This document shows positions 18,054-27,431 of a stretch of DNA of 43,310 bases, piece by piece. This stretch comes from Promethearchaeota archaeon (GTDB lineage Archaea > Asgardarchaeota > Hermodarchaeia > Hermodarchaeales > Hermodarchaeaceae): contig JBHLPH010000017.1 in the NCBI GenBank assembly GCA_048939625.1, positions 1 to 43,310 on the forward strand, read 5' to 3'. Within the stretch, counting starts at the first letter, position 1; each line of letters opens with the position of its first letter. Under the pieces are notes generated by a model. That model made no database searches and had not been told where the DNA came from. It saw nothing but the letters and a program-made list of their open reading frames with translations. Made by a program: the position numbers and the translations under genes.

Positions 18054-19775
18054 CTAATTGTCGAACTTGCCTGGGTATCTGATGACACTTACTTCATTGG
18101 TTTGTAATGTCAAAAATGGACCTGTAGTCGCTGGTGCGCCCCAATATAAGAGCCAATGTCGGAAGTTAATTGTGATATCCAAGATGATACCATGGATGGT
18201 GGTTTTACTCACTGCATACGCACCACCCTGATACAACGGAATCGCTGAGCATTCTTGGGCTTGAAGATCTTGCAGAGCATAATATGAAGTCTGTCTTCCT
18301 GAATCACTTGTATTACTTCGACCCCAAACCCATAGGTTGTATTGCTGGACACCGCCAGCAGGATAGGTTGCATTGTATCCCATGTTGAGCCATTCAGCAA
18401 AAGGTAAGAACGCATAGTTATCGGGATCAATGTAGTCTGGATACCATCCGTATACATAGACTGGCATTGTACCAGCACTTCGTGCAGATCTATAACTCGC
18501 CCATTCTAGACCATTGAGGTTAACGGTCATTACACCGCTTGCCTCAAGATCACTCTTGTAAACGGCAGCTTGTTCTGCGCTTTGTGGATAGTGGCCAGAA
18601 CTCTCGTAATACATTTCGATTACTAGTTTGTTGGATGAATTGTATCCAAAGAGGTCAAACACAGTTTGGGTGTAAGTGTAGTTCGCTTCTCCATGTATCT
18701 CAAAGCTTGGTTTGTGGTAGGCCATTCCATCTGGGATGATGGTATACAGAGGTTGTGCTGTGCCAAGGAAAACCGTATTAACCAAGTTGGTTCGGTTCAA
18801 CGCAGCTGCTATCCCTCGCCGGATAAGCGTTTCGTTGAAAGGATAAATTTCCTGTTGGAAGCACATATACTGTATAAATGGACCTGCCGCCTCCCAAACT
18901 CGTACATTAGGATTGGTGCGAAAAGCGTTAATCTGAGTTGCACTGAGCTGTCGGTACGCTACATCAATCTCACCAGATGTCATCGCAGTTGCAAGGGCGG
19001 TGTCAGTTTCGTAGAATTTAATGATAAAAGTGTCTGTCATTGGTATCCCATTGGCAGCATCCCAGTAGTTGGGATTTCTAACTAGTACAATCTCTTCATC
19101 GGTTCCACCAGTACGACTCCAGCTTTGTAGAAGGTATGGGCCAAGACCCACTGCATAACTTGCGCGGGCATTGCCTGCTGTGTAATTCACCAATTCATCC
19201 ATGGGTGCATAATTTGGATGGACTATGAAACATCCTTGTGCAGCCATTGTTTGTAAGAATGGAGCCCAGGGGATGGTCAAGTAGAACTTAACCGTATATT
19301 CGCCGGTTATAGTCACATTATCAATGATGTCAGCTAAGCCGATGCCACGTTGGAATCCTTCAGGATGGTAGATTCCGTCGCCTGTAAGGTTGCAGCACCT
19401 ATCAAAAGTGTATTTGACAGTGGTTGAGTTAAATGGAGTTCCATCTGCGAAGATGAGGCCTTCCTTCAGAGTGAAGTCATATATCGTTCCAGCGCCTGAC
19501 ACTGTCCAACTCGATGCCAATGAAGGTATGATATCGTCTGGTGCGGCTGTCGACCCGGGGTCAATATCGACTAACCCAGAGCCGAGAGCACCAATCATCG
19601 ACCAACCGAAGTAATCGTATGCTCTAGCAGGATCAAGGACTGTCTCTATTGAGTCAGTAGTTCCCATGACGATTAGGTTGGAAATTGGTGGGGGCCTCAT
19701 GAAGAGGTAGACACCAACGCCACCTACGACAATGATAACTACTAACGCGATCGCAATCGCGTAGCTTCTTTTCAA
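18054..19775 (-). CDS. dppA: Peptide ABC transporter substrate-binding protein (family 5)
   Basis: LDPA, SLASSW, FADGTPFN..VKY, GLGPY, RNPNYW. Likely start TTG 19775 after GGAGGT; N-terminal TM anchor. Confidence 0.9.
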   Translation of the reverse strand: MKRSYAIAIALVVIIVVGGVGVYLFMRPPPISNLIVMGTTDSIETVLDPARAYDYFGWSMIGALGSGLVDIDPGSTAAPDDIIPSLASSWTVSGAGTIYDFTLKEGLIFADGTPFNSTTVKYTFDRCCNLTGDGIYHPEGFQRGIGLADIIDNVTITGEYTVKFYLTIPWAPFLQTMAAQGCFIVHPNYAPMDELVNYTAGNARASYAVGLGPYLLQSWSRTGGTDEEIVLVRNPNYWDAANGIPMTDTFIIKFYETDTALATAMTSGEIDVAYRQLSATQINAFRTNPNVRVWEAAGPFIQYMCFQQEIYPFNETLIRRGIAAALNRTNLVNTVFLGTAQPLYTIIPDGMAYHKPSFEIHGEANYTYTQTVFDLFGYNSSNKLVIEMYYESSGHYPQSAEQAAVYKSDLEASGVMTVNLNGLEWASYRSARSAGTMPVYVYGWYPDYIDPDNYAFLPFAEWLNMGYNATYPAGGVQQYNLWVWGRSNTSDSGRQTSYYALQDLQAQECSAIPLYQGGAYAVSKTTIHGIILDITINFRHWLLYWGAPATTGPFLTLQTNEVSVIRYPGKFDN

Positions 19776-19909
19776 ATCGAAGTTACCTCCGTTAGGAGAT
19801 GGTTTGATCTCTGACAGAAGATGCAAAACCATATCCAAAAGCTTCCTATGTCTCTTGTTTATATTTAAATCGTTCTTAATCCGCATTCCTTCTTGTTGGA
19901 GTGGGTTAT

Positions 19910-19956
19910 CCTGAAACACCGGTTTTAGCCCAGTGTTTAGGTAGACGACCACTTTG
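19910..19956 (+). repeat. Intergenic dispersed repeat, copy 11 (degenerate)
   Basis: CCTGAAACACCGGTTTTAGCCCAGTGTTTAGGTAGACGACCACTTT; lies between divergent genes. Confidence 0.75.
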
Positions 19957-19997
19957 TGTGGGTAAGGTTAATACCTGATGTTTTCGTAGCAGTTGAT

Positions 19998-20195
19998 ATG
20001 GCTCTACTTTCGGCGTTTATGATTTTAGCTTATGTTGTTGTAATCATTATCCTTCTATGGTTTCTGGGATTGGGTCGGTCACCTACGAATGTTCAGCTTC
20101 GAAGTCTTCGGGTACAAGGAGCGGCGATTGTGGTGATTGTGATTATCGGAATTGTGCTGGCGACCTTTCTTGCCCTTCAACCGAGTATTCCGTAA
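19998..20195 (+). CDS. Small 2-TM membrane protein
   Basis: ATG at 19998; two hydrophobic helices. Confidence 0.55.
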   Translation: MALLSAFMILAYVVVIIILLWFLGLGRSPTNVQLRSLRVQGAAIVVIVIIGIVLATFLALQPSIP

Positions 20196-20273
20196 AATCG
20201 TAGTCAACACAGCTATTAGTAGATTAAGTGAGTACAGAGTGGAACTCGATTAATCACAGATTGAGGTGTTAAT

Positions 20274-20903
20274 TTGCCACCGTTTTTGAAAGGGAAGAGA
20301 GTGAAACCGGACCAGGTCCCGTATTTGGTTGTGTTCTTTGCCAGAGAGTATGTGTCAAAAATAAAAGCTTTTTTAGAGAGGGATTATCCAACGCGTCAAG
20401 AAGGTGTAAAGGGGTTCACGACCATGATGAGGGTAATTTATCCTCAGGTCTATCAGTTGCAACAGCAGTTACCAGAATCTCTGGTAGAAGAGATGATTTT
20501 AGGGCTTCCTGCATACCTCAGTCTCCATGAATGGGACAAAGAGTCCAACAAATGGAAAAATGAGAAGAAAAAAGCGCTAAACGCCTTTCTAGAAGGAAAA
20601 GACACTCCTGCAGATGAATATGGTAATCCTGACTTTCTTAGTGGTATGTTTGTCTCAATTATGATGTTATTGAATTCAACATATAAGGGACTAATCTCGC
20701 CTAGGGGTCTTTCCAGCAACTTCGACGACACAGCATACACCGACTCCTATTTTCACTCAGTCTATCATCAGTTTGAATATGAGATTTTTACCAAAGGTCT
20801 CCTCAAAACCGTTAGCGATCTTAGAGGAATCATGCCGTTAATCTATGAGATTGAGCGAAAACTCGCACTGTATCCACCCTCGGGGTTACTGGAAGAGATG
20901 TAG
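20274..20903 (+). CDS. Hypothetical soluble protein
   Basis: 209-aa ORF; GAGGTG RBS before TTG; no motif recognised. Confidence 0.75.
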   Translation: MPPFLKGKRVKPDQVPYLVVFFAREYVSKIKAFLERDYPTRQEGVKGFTTMMRVIYPQVYQLQQQLPESLVEEMILGLPAYLSLHEWDKESNKWKNEKKKALNAFLEGKDTPADEYGNPDFLSGMFVSIMMLLNSTYKGLISPRGLSSNFDDTAYTDSYFHSVYHQFEYEIFTKGLLKTVSDLRGIMPLIYEIERKLALYPPSGLLEEM

Positions 20904-20994
20904 GAGAGTTAGAAAAAAGTACTAGCTGAAATGCTTTTATGAAGTGTACCTTGAATTGACCTCGTCGCTTTATGCATATTAAAGGTGGAATCGG

Positions 20995-21354
20995 TTGTCA
21001 CATGTTGATAGTGCAAAGACCCTAACACGAGTTGGTGCAATCCTCCTCATTGTTGGCGGATGCATACAAGTTGGCGAAAACAGCCTTTGGTTTGTACTTA
21101 ACCTTCTCGCCGGATACATTTTCAGAGGAAGGGTGGTGAACATTGGGTTAGGCATAGTCACCATCGTCTTTGGGTTTCTAATCCTCTTAGTATTCCATAG
21201 AATGATCGATACGAATAGGCCCAACGCTCCAATTTTCATCCTGATCTTCGGCGTCATCGCGGGGATTGGTGGCTGGTGGTTTGGTTGGATCGGGTCAATT
21301 CTCTGCCTTGTTGCAACCATTCTGTTATTCATTGAAGGAAAGGAAGCAGTGTAA
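20995..21354 (+). CDS. Small 4-TM membrane protein; paralog of 3664..4011
   Basis: AGGTGG RBS; sequence similarity to 3664..4011. Confidence 0.75.
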   Translation: MSHVDSAKTLTRVGAILLIVGGCIQVGENSLWFVLNLLAGYIFRGRVVNIGLGIVTIVFGFLILLVFHRMIDTNRPNAPIFILIFGVIAGIGGWWFGWIGSILCLVATILLFIEGKEAV

Positions 21355-21375
21355 GCTCCTCTTTCCCTTTGTCTT

Positions 21376-21404
21376 ATCTTGGTGGAGTGGACAACCATGT
21401 TTTT
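21376..21404 (+). repeat. Intergenic dispersed repeat, copy 12 (3' half)
   Basis: ATCTTGGTGGAGTGGACAACCATGTTTTT versus copy 1 ATCTGGTGGGGTGGACGACCACTTTTT. Confidence 0.6.
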
Positions 21405-21503
21405 GGTTAGGCTTTGCTCCATACTTCTTGGAATGATAATGTTCTAACGTGATGACACAGGTATCTCTATTCATGTGAAAATTTAGAGGGAGGTGATAGT
21501 GAG

Positions 21504-21701
21504 ATGGACAAGGTTCTGAGGTTGGAAGTCCATGGGTCGGTTCTATTAGTGACTGGCATGGTCATGAGTCTGGTGTGGTCATTCTTTGTGACACAATGGT
21601 GGAACGTAGTGTTCGGGTATTTGGCAGTGTTCTTCTTGATTGAGGCAATTTGGCACTATGTGTGTGCGGATAGGTTACGCCATGGCAATGCGAGTCATTA
21701 G
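21504..21701 (+). CDS. Small 2-TM membrane protein
   Basis: GGAGGTGA RBS; 65 aa with two hydrophobic segments. Confidence 0.6.
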   Translation: MDKVLRLEVHGSVLLVTGMVMSLVWSFFVTQWWNVVFGYLAVFFLIEAIWHYVCADRLRHGNASH

Positions 21702-21900
21702 TTACCAGAAGAGGTTACGCCATTCATTTCCTGACAGATGTGATGAAAAGGCCTTCCTGAGGCATTATGTGAACTATAAGGGAATATAGTTCGGTAAATT
21801 TCAGATTGTATAGGTGGATTTTGAGTTCATCGTTCCAGAATTGGGGAAAGCCCGAAAATTGGCGACATCCGGTAGGTATTTAGTTATCCTAAAGACAGAA

Positions 21901-21914
21901 TTAGGAAGCCCTAA
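21901..21914. promoter_or_regulatory. Palindromic operator TTAGG-N4-CCTAA (DtxR/MntR-like)
   Basis: TTAGGAAGCCCTAA 35 nt upstream of nuoC; same motif at 37021. Confidence 0.45.
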
Positions 21915-21949
21915 GGCGTAGGCGCTGTACGCTGAAGGAGACTGGCATC

Positions 21950-22438
21950 ATGAAACACGAAACGATAGAGCCGGCATCCTTATCACGCGCCTTGAAATCC
22001 CAACACGCAATATCCAACATCAAAACAGAGGGCAACCTCCTGTCATTTTTTACAAATCCCGAAACGTATGTGGAGCTTGCCTCTAATCTCTACGAACGTG
22101 GCTTTTCGCGCTGTCTCACTGTAGCAGCTGTCGATTGGATTGAGCAAAACGAGTTCGAGGCGTATTATATCGTTCACCATCTTGAAGCGAACCTATACGT
22201 GAAAGTGACCACACGTATTCCTCGAAATAAACCGAGAATCCAGAGCTTGGCTGCAATCTGGCAGTCAGCAGCGATGCATGAACGCGAAATGTGGGAGCTT
22301 TTCGGAATCAACTATGTTGGAAATCCGATGTTGAAACCGCTCTTCCTCGAAGACTGGAAAGGGAAACCACCCTTGCGAAAAGATTTCAATTGGCGTGAGT
22401 ACGTCAACAAGGAATACTATCAGGTGAGAGGGAAATAG
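21950..22438 (+). CDS. nuoC: NuoC/MbsK-like subunit (complex I 30-kDa family)
   Basis: AVDW...FEAYY; HEREMWELFGINYVGNP...PPLRKDF. Confidence 0.9.
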   Translation: MKHETIEPASLSRALKSQHAISNIKTEGNLLSFFTNPETYVELASNLYERGFSRCLTVAAVDWIEQNEFEAYYIVHHLEANLYVKVTTRIPRNKPRIQSLAAIWQSAAMHEREMWELFGINYVGNPMLKPLFLEDWKGKPPLRKDFNWREYVNKEYYQVRGK

Positions 22439-22441
22439 CCA

Positions 22442-24454
22442 ATGTCACGACTTCTGAAAGCCGTAAAAAGTGTACTAGGACTCGCAATCTCAAAACCCAT
22501 GACCTTCTCGTTTCCTCCCGACATGCCACTGACTGACTTATACCGGGGTCGGCAACTCTACAAGCCTGATTTGTGTAAAGGCTGTAAAATCTGCTCGATT
22601 GTGTGTCCTAATAATGCCATTGAGATGGTCGACCGTGAAAAGAGTGGAGAAAACAAAACCGGACTTCAACCGCAAATCGATTTCCGGAAATGCTGTTTCT
22701 GTGGGCTTTGTGTGGACAATTGCCCCACCGGCGCCCTTACCTTCACGAATTTTCCCATCCTGCTGACCATGAAACCAGAAACCCTCAACTATACACCCGA
22801 AATGCTTGCTGTCGCCCCTGTCCTCGAACATCCAGAGCCCCCGAAGATCCAAAATACCGTCGCCTGGGCCCGCTCACGGAGTATTTGGATCGTCAATTAC
22901 ATGACCGGGTGTTGTTTCATTGAAGCGGTACCATGGGTGGCGAGCTCCTTCGATATGGAGCGGTTCGGACTCTTAGCTGTAGGCTCCCCCCGACATGCCG
23001 ATGCGCTGATTGTTGGTGGATATGTCACCCCCAAGACCCTCAAACGCATTATCCGCATCTATTCCATGATGCCCCAACCCAAATGGGTCATCGCTCTAGG
23101 CAATTGCCCCATGACTGGCGGCACTTACTGGGACAGCTACAATACCATCAAAGACATCAGCAAATACATCCCCGTCGACATCTGGATCGCTGGTTGTCCC
23201 CCGCGACCTGAGCCCATTGGTGTTGCTGTCGTGCATGCCATTCAAGCCATTCAAGGTGGATACACGGGTAAGGAAGAAAAAATAAACACCGACGCGGGGC
23301 AAATGGAGGTGGCCCCCTACCCCCTCAAAGGGGCTGATGCCAGCAAAGCCCAGTTTGATGTCGTGTTCGGATCCCAACATCCTGCCTCCGGAAACTTCAA
23401 TATGGACCTCCAACTGGATGGCGAAATCGTCGTTGATGCAACTCCATACCCCGGCTATTTGCATCGTGGCTTCGAGAAACTCATGGAATATCGTACCTGG
23501 CTCCAAAACATCATGCTGGTCCCCCGTATTTGTGTCCTTGACGGCGCCTCCTATGAGCTCGCCTATACTGGTGTAACCGAGAAACTGGCGGGCATCAAGG
23601 TTCCGATTCGGGGTCAGTACTTACGGGTCATTCAAGCCGAACTCTCACGCATCCAAAGCCATCAAATGAACCTAGGGTTTGGTGGAGCCGCCTCAGGCTT
23701 TGATACCATCGAACGCTTAATCTGGGGTGACCGTGATCAAGTCCTTCTCCTTCTCGAAGAACTCACCGGCGCACGAATCTACCACATCTTCAACACCATC
23801 GGAGGAGTCCGCCGCGACCTCCAACCTGATTTCCAAGAAAAAGCTGAACACCTCATTAGTTATCTCCGAAAACGCCTTCACATCTACGATGATCTCTTAT
23901 TCCATAACAAAACTTTCATCGATCGGACTCAAAATCTTGCACCCCTCTCCCAGACCACCGCGATCGAAAACGATGTTACCGGTCCCAATCTCCGGGCAAC
24001 CGGCGTTGAGTTCGATGTTCGAACCGCCACCCCTTATGAAGCCTATAAGGACATTGGGGTAAAGGTTATTACCGGAACACCTGGTGACGCCTACACTCGA
24101 TTTCTCTGCCGGCGACAAGAAATTGAAGAAAGCCTCAATATCATCGAACGTGCATTAGACAAGTTACCCAGCGGCCCTGTCTGTGAAACCCAAACCCCAG
24201 AAGGCAAAAAGATTACTTGGCGACTCAAAATCCCACCCGGCGACGCCTTTTATTGCACAGAAGGGGGTCGTGGAGAACTGTGTTTCCACGCCGTCAGCAA
24301 TGGTGAAAACACCCCGTACCGCGTGAAGGTACGAGGCCCCACGTTCGGAACCATCCTTGTCATGTTTCCCAAATTACTCCAAGGCGTGAAAATCGCGGAT
24401 GTTCCAGTCATCTACTGGAGCCTCGACCAATGCCCTGCCGATCACGACCGATAA
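22442..24454 (+). CDS. NuoI-NuoB-NuoD triple fusion, MBS/Mbx (sulfane-sulfur reductase)-type catalytic module
   Basis: Two CxxCxxCxxxCP; GCCFIE...GNC...GCPPRPE; GYLHRGFEK; RICVLDG; C-terminal DQCPADHDR (two Cys kept, as in MbsL). Confidence 0.9.
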   Translation: MSRLLKAVKSVLGLAISKPMTFSFPPDMPLTDLYRGRQLYKPDLCKGCKICSIVCPNNAIEMVDREKSGENKTGLQPQIDFRKCCFCGLCVDNCPTGALTFTNFPILLTMKPETLNYTPEMLAVAPVLEHPEPPKIQNTVAWARSRSIWIVNYMTGCCFIEAVPWVASSFDMERFGLLAVGSPRHADALIVGGYVTPKTLKRIIRIYSMMPQPKWVIALGNCPMTGGTYWDSYNTIKDISKYIPVDIWIAGCPPRPEPIGVAVVHAIQAIQGGYTGKEEKINTDAGQMEVAPYPLKGADASKAQFDVVFGSQHPASGNFNMDLQLDGEIVVDATPYPGYLHRGFEKLMEYRTWLQNIMLVPRICVLDGASYELAYTGVTEKLAGIKVPIRGQYLRVIQAELSRIQSHQMNLGFGGAASGFDTIERLIWGDRDQVLLLLEELTGARIYHIFNTIGGVRRDLQPDFQEKAEHLISYLRKRLHIYDDLLFHNKTFIDRTQNLAPLSQTTAIENDVTGPNLRATGVEFDVRTATPYEAYKDIGVKVITGTPGDAYTRFLCRRQEIEESLNIIERALDKLPSGPVCETQTPEGKKITWRLKIPPGDAFYCTEGGRGELCFHAVSNGENTPYRVKVRGPTFGTILVMFPKLLQGVKIADVPVIYWSLDQCPADHDR

Positions 24455-24587
24455 TCGGAATAAGCGAACAAGTATTCGGTGCAGTAGTTTTTGGCAGGAC
24501 CATTGAACGATTCCGAGAATCTTCAAGAATAAATCTAGGCCTAAATGGTCTTTAACGCCACAAAAATCAGACCATTCTAAACCTAAC

Positions 24588-25700
24588 TCAGGAATTCATT
24601 CGTTTGATGAGTCTGTGCCAATCTTTGGTATCATGTAGAATATCGAACTCAGAACATTCTTGCGTATATTCAAGATTTTGCCATCCCTCAGTGATTGCCT
24701 GGTTGAGGAGGCGGAGGGCTTTCTGTTTCTTCCGTAGGGCTGCGGCAGCCTGCGCAGCTTGATGATAGTACCAATAAGAGACAGACCCTTTGGCGAAGGC
24801 TTTCTCATAGCTGTCAAGTGCTAGGGCGAAGAGACCTTGAAGAAAGCGACGAAGGCCGGTTTCAGCGAGGTGGGTAGCTTCATCGATCATGCAGTAGTGC
24901 CAGGTGTAATCTCGGGTTTTGATGAACCCGACGTTTTCAGCGACGCCGATGGATCCATAGTTTTCGATGTTGGTGTGCCAGCCGACTTGTGAGTAACCGT
25001 GGGTGAGGGCGTAGTCGACGGTGGCGGCGGCGGTGAGGGTGGCGAGTCCACGGTGGCGGTATTCGGGTTTGGTACGTATGCCGATTTCACATCTGTTTCT
25101 GCTGACACAATCTGTGAGGCTCCAGGAGACGACCTCATGTTCGTGTACGGTACAAAAACCAAAGCCCTGTTTCCAAAAGGCGTCGATTGAACCCCAATTG
25201 ATACGCATCCAATTGAGAATGTGGTCTGGGATTACTATGTTTTTTTTGCCAAGGAAGGTTGGTTCTAGTTGATGGATGGAGAATCCAGTTGGTATCTTTT
25301 TTTGCCAGTCGATTTTTACTTCAGTGCAGGTGTAGTATAGTCGGGGAAGTTGCAGTGGTGGTCGAGTGGGGAAAAGGGTATCAAATTTGGTTTGCCAGTC
25401 CTCGGGGTGGATGCATAGAACCAGGTCGTCATCGTTTTCTCGAACGGTATCTCCTGCAAAAATGGTGGTGAGGATGTAATCACGTAGACCTTGGTTAAAC
25501 ATACCGTTTTGGGGGTCGCCAGCGAGATAGTAGCCTTCTACTGAGCAGATGAAGGCACTGGTGGGTGCTTTGGGGTTGTCAGCAATTATCCGTCCTGGAC
25601 TTGATCCATCAATAACGGCTGCTATTGTGAGCTGGTAGTCTAATGCGTTGAATAGGGATCGAACCTTTGGGTATTCTTTCTTTTTAAGCTCAACAATCAT
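24588..25700 (-). CDS. GNAT acetyltransferase with C-terminal TPR-like helices
   Basis: EIGIRTKPEYRHRGLAT acetyl-CoA motif; N.GS..VAE.VGF; YYHQA.....A...L.QA...GW. Confidence 0.85.
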   Translation of the reverse strand: MIVELKKKEYPKVRSLFNALDYQLTIAAVIDGSSPGRIIADNPKAPTSAFICSVEGYYLAGDPQNGMFNQGLRDYILTTIFAGDTVRENDDDLVLCIHPEDWQTKFDTLFPTRPPLQLPRLYYTCTEVKIDWQKKIPTGFSIHQLEPTFLGKKNIVIPDHILNWMRINWGSIDAFWKQGFGFCTVHEHEVVSWSLTDCVSRNRCEIGIRTKPEYRHRGLATLTAAATVDYALTHGYSQVGWHTNIENYGSIGVAENVGFIKTRDYTWHYCMIDEATHLAETGLRRFLQGLFALALDSYEKAFAKGSVSYWYYHQAAQAAAALRKKQKALRLLNQAITEGWQNLEYTQECSEFDILHDTKDWHRLIKRMNS

Positions 25701-25868
25701 TACTGAACATTCACGGTCTAATTCATCTTAAAGCATACGTAAAACCCATTCCGGATAATATCCTTCCTGTATATTGTGAGGGAGAACTCTGTGATGGCAA
25801 GTTTCAGTGTTTATTATAACATGCCGACAAAGGATCCAGTTGGTGATTAAAAAGTGTCTAGTAATTTT

Positions 25869-25918
25869 GGGAGGCACCCGAGTGTCGTATTCGGCTGGAA
25901 TCGATGAGATTTGTTCTT
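25869..25918 (+). repeat. Possible highly degenerate copy of the dispersed repeat
   Basis: GGAGGCACCCGAGTGTCGTATTCGGCTGGAATCGATGAGATTTGTTCT; about 60% match to copy 2 by eye. Confidence 0.35.
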
Positions 25919-26012
25919 ATAATATAATGATGTCAGTGAAGATTTTTGATGGAATTCCTGCTAGCTTTTAAAAAGCAAACCTTTTTGCATTGAACCAGCA
26001 TATTGGAAGACC

Positions 26013-27407
26013 ATGACGCCTCAAGAAGGAGCCGCAGAGCGGGGTCCAGCTGGCCCAATCGTTTTGCTAGCTATAGGAATTATTTTGTTGTACGGTTTTG
26101 GATTCTATAATTTGTTCTTCCTTGTTTCGCCATTTTTGCCGATAATTATCGATTTTATTAACTTGGCGCTGCCTTGGTTGGCTGGGTTTTGGTGGGCAGG
26201 ATTGGCGTTCATTGTTATTCTCGTAGTGTTGGGTTTAGGGCTCGCCTACATTATTTTGATATTGATGAAGCGAGCGGCAGCGGGAACATTGCGTGTACTC
26301 TGGATTCTGCAAGCCGTGTTAATGATTGCGGTTGGTGTGTTGATGTTCCTTTTTTTGGGACCATTTGGGTTTTTTGGCCTGATTTTTCCTTTCATAGGGG
26401 TCATTCAATTTTGGGTGTGGTTCCGGCGCCGTAGTAAAATCGAGCGGGCCGGTAAATTGGTGGAATTCACGGCGCAACTGCTGCTGGAAGAAAAAGAGAT
26501 GTTCATTGTTCCATTGGTCACCGCAGTGTTCAGCCTGTTGACCGGCATTCTCATGATGGCAACGTACGGGGCTATGTATACGTGGTTACCTTTGGTTGGG
26601 ATTCCCCCAGAGTCGTGGATATTTTTCCTTCTGAGTATTTTGGTGCAAATTCCGTTTCTGTTCGTGTACTTTTCGGTCTTTTACATCTTTGATGGTATTA
26701 ACATCTCCATTGCTCATACGTGGTATCGCGAAAAGGATCCCGTTTTGCGTGGTGGTGTCGGAGAAGTGCGACAAGTCTTAGGCACCATCATTCAGTTTGC
26801 CGCCCTCCGCACCGCAGTATCGGTGGGTCAGAGTGCCATTCGACAAGGCGGCGCGCGCCAAGGTGGAATCTGGGCCTTAATCGGCAGTATTTTTGCTCGT
26901 ATTATCGGAGCCATATTTCGGTTCATCAACTATTTCACCTTGCCTGCCATCATCATTGAAAAACGGCGCCTCATTGATTCCATTAAACGCTCGGTGCATG
27001 TCACTTGGCATTACTTAGTGGACGTCTACATCGCCGAGACCGGCGTGTCTACAGTGTATAGTTTCTTTGGAGGCTTACTTTCCCTCGGATTTCTGGTTGT
27101 TGGATTTCTCTTCGGTTATGTATTCGCCATTTTCCTGCTGAGCGATCTTTTCTTCGCCCTGATTGCGGGCATCATCTTTGCTATCTTCTTCTCCATTTTT
27201 GCCTCTGTTCCTAGCTATTTCATTTTCCGACCTTTGAATACGGCATATCGAACCTTCATGTTTTCCTATGCACTCGACGAAGAAAGCGGCTTTAGTCTGC
27301 CAAGCCGATTACCAAAGGCGTACCGAGATACCATTGAGGCAGCCCAAGCTGAATGGGAGGCATCAGGAAAAGATCGATTCATGGAAGAACCCCCAAGTGA
27401 ATGGTAG
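26013..27407 (+). CDS. Polytopic membrane protein, choline-transporter-like (CTL/SLC44/Pns1; DUF6159-like C-terminal half)
   Basis: About 10 TM; KIERAGKLV...A......F.VP; LGTI...A; FINYFTLPAIIIE......SIKRS. Confidence 0.7.
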   Translation: MTPQEGAAERGPAGPIVLLAIGIILLYGFGFYNLFFLVSPFLPIIIDFINLALPWLAGFWWAGLAFIVILVVLGLGLAYIILILMKRAAAGTLRVLWILQAVLMIAVGVLMFLFLGPFGFFGLIFPFIGVIQFWVWFRRRSKIERAGKLVEFTAQLLLEEKEMFIVPLVTAVFSLLTGILMMATYGAMYTWLPLVGIPPESWIFFLLSILVQIPFLFVYFSVFYIFDGINISIAHTWYREKDPVLRGGVGEVRQVLGTIIQFAALRTAVSVGQSAIRQGGARQGGIWALIGSIFARIIGAIFRFINYFTLPAIIIEKRRLIDSIKRSVHVTWHYLVDVYIAETGVSTVYSFFGGLLSLGFLVVGFLFGYVFAIFLLSDLFFALIAGIIFAIFFSIFASVPSYFIFRPLNTAYRTFMFSYALDEESGFSLPSRLPKAYRDTIEAAQAEWEASGKDRFMEEPPSEW

Positions 27408-27431
27408 TCCCTAACCAATGATATCCGACTT

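Noticed and set aside
19776-19952. Long N-terminal extensions in the ORF track (dppA; also 9741, 29288, 34409, 38814, 40646)
   Set aside because: Downstream starts fit RBS, signal-peptide or domain boundaries better; several extensions cross repeats, promoters or neighbouring genes.
36-21404. Repeat as a CRISPR array
   Set aside because: Copies are 0.4-6 kb apart, separated by whole genes, and degenerate; no cas genes in the window.
36-21404. Repeat as a canonical integron attC site
   Set aside because: No RYYYAAC/GTTRRRY ends enclosing a long palindrome; AAC and GTT are only 6 nt apart; passengers occur in both orientations.
22442-24454. [NiFe] hydrogenase large subunit
   Set aside because: Only two of four Ni-binding Cys present; no in-frame TGA (Sec) substitutes for the missing ones.
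24464-24505. Further repeat traces (also about 4533-4570, 28384-28410, 36114-36140)
   Set aside because: About 50% or only partial similarity by eye; cannot be told from chance without a profile search.
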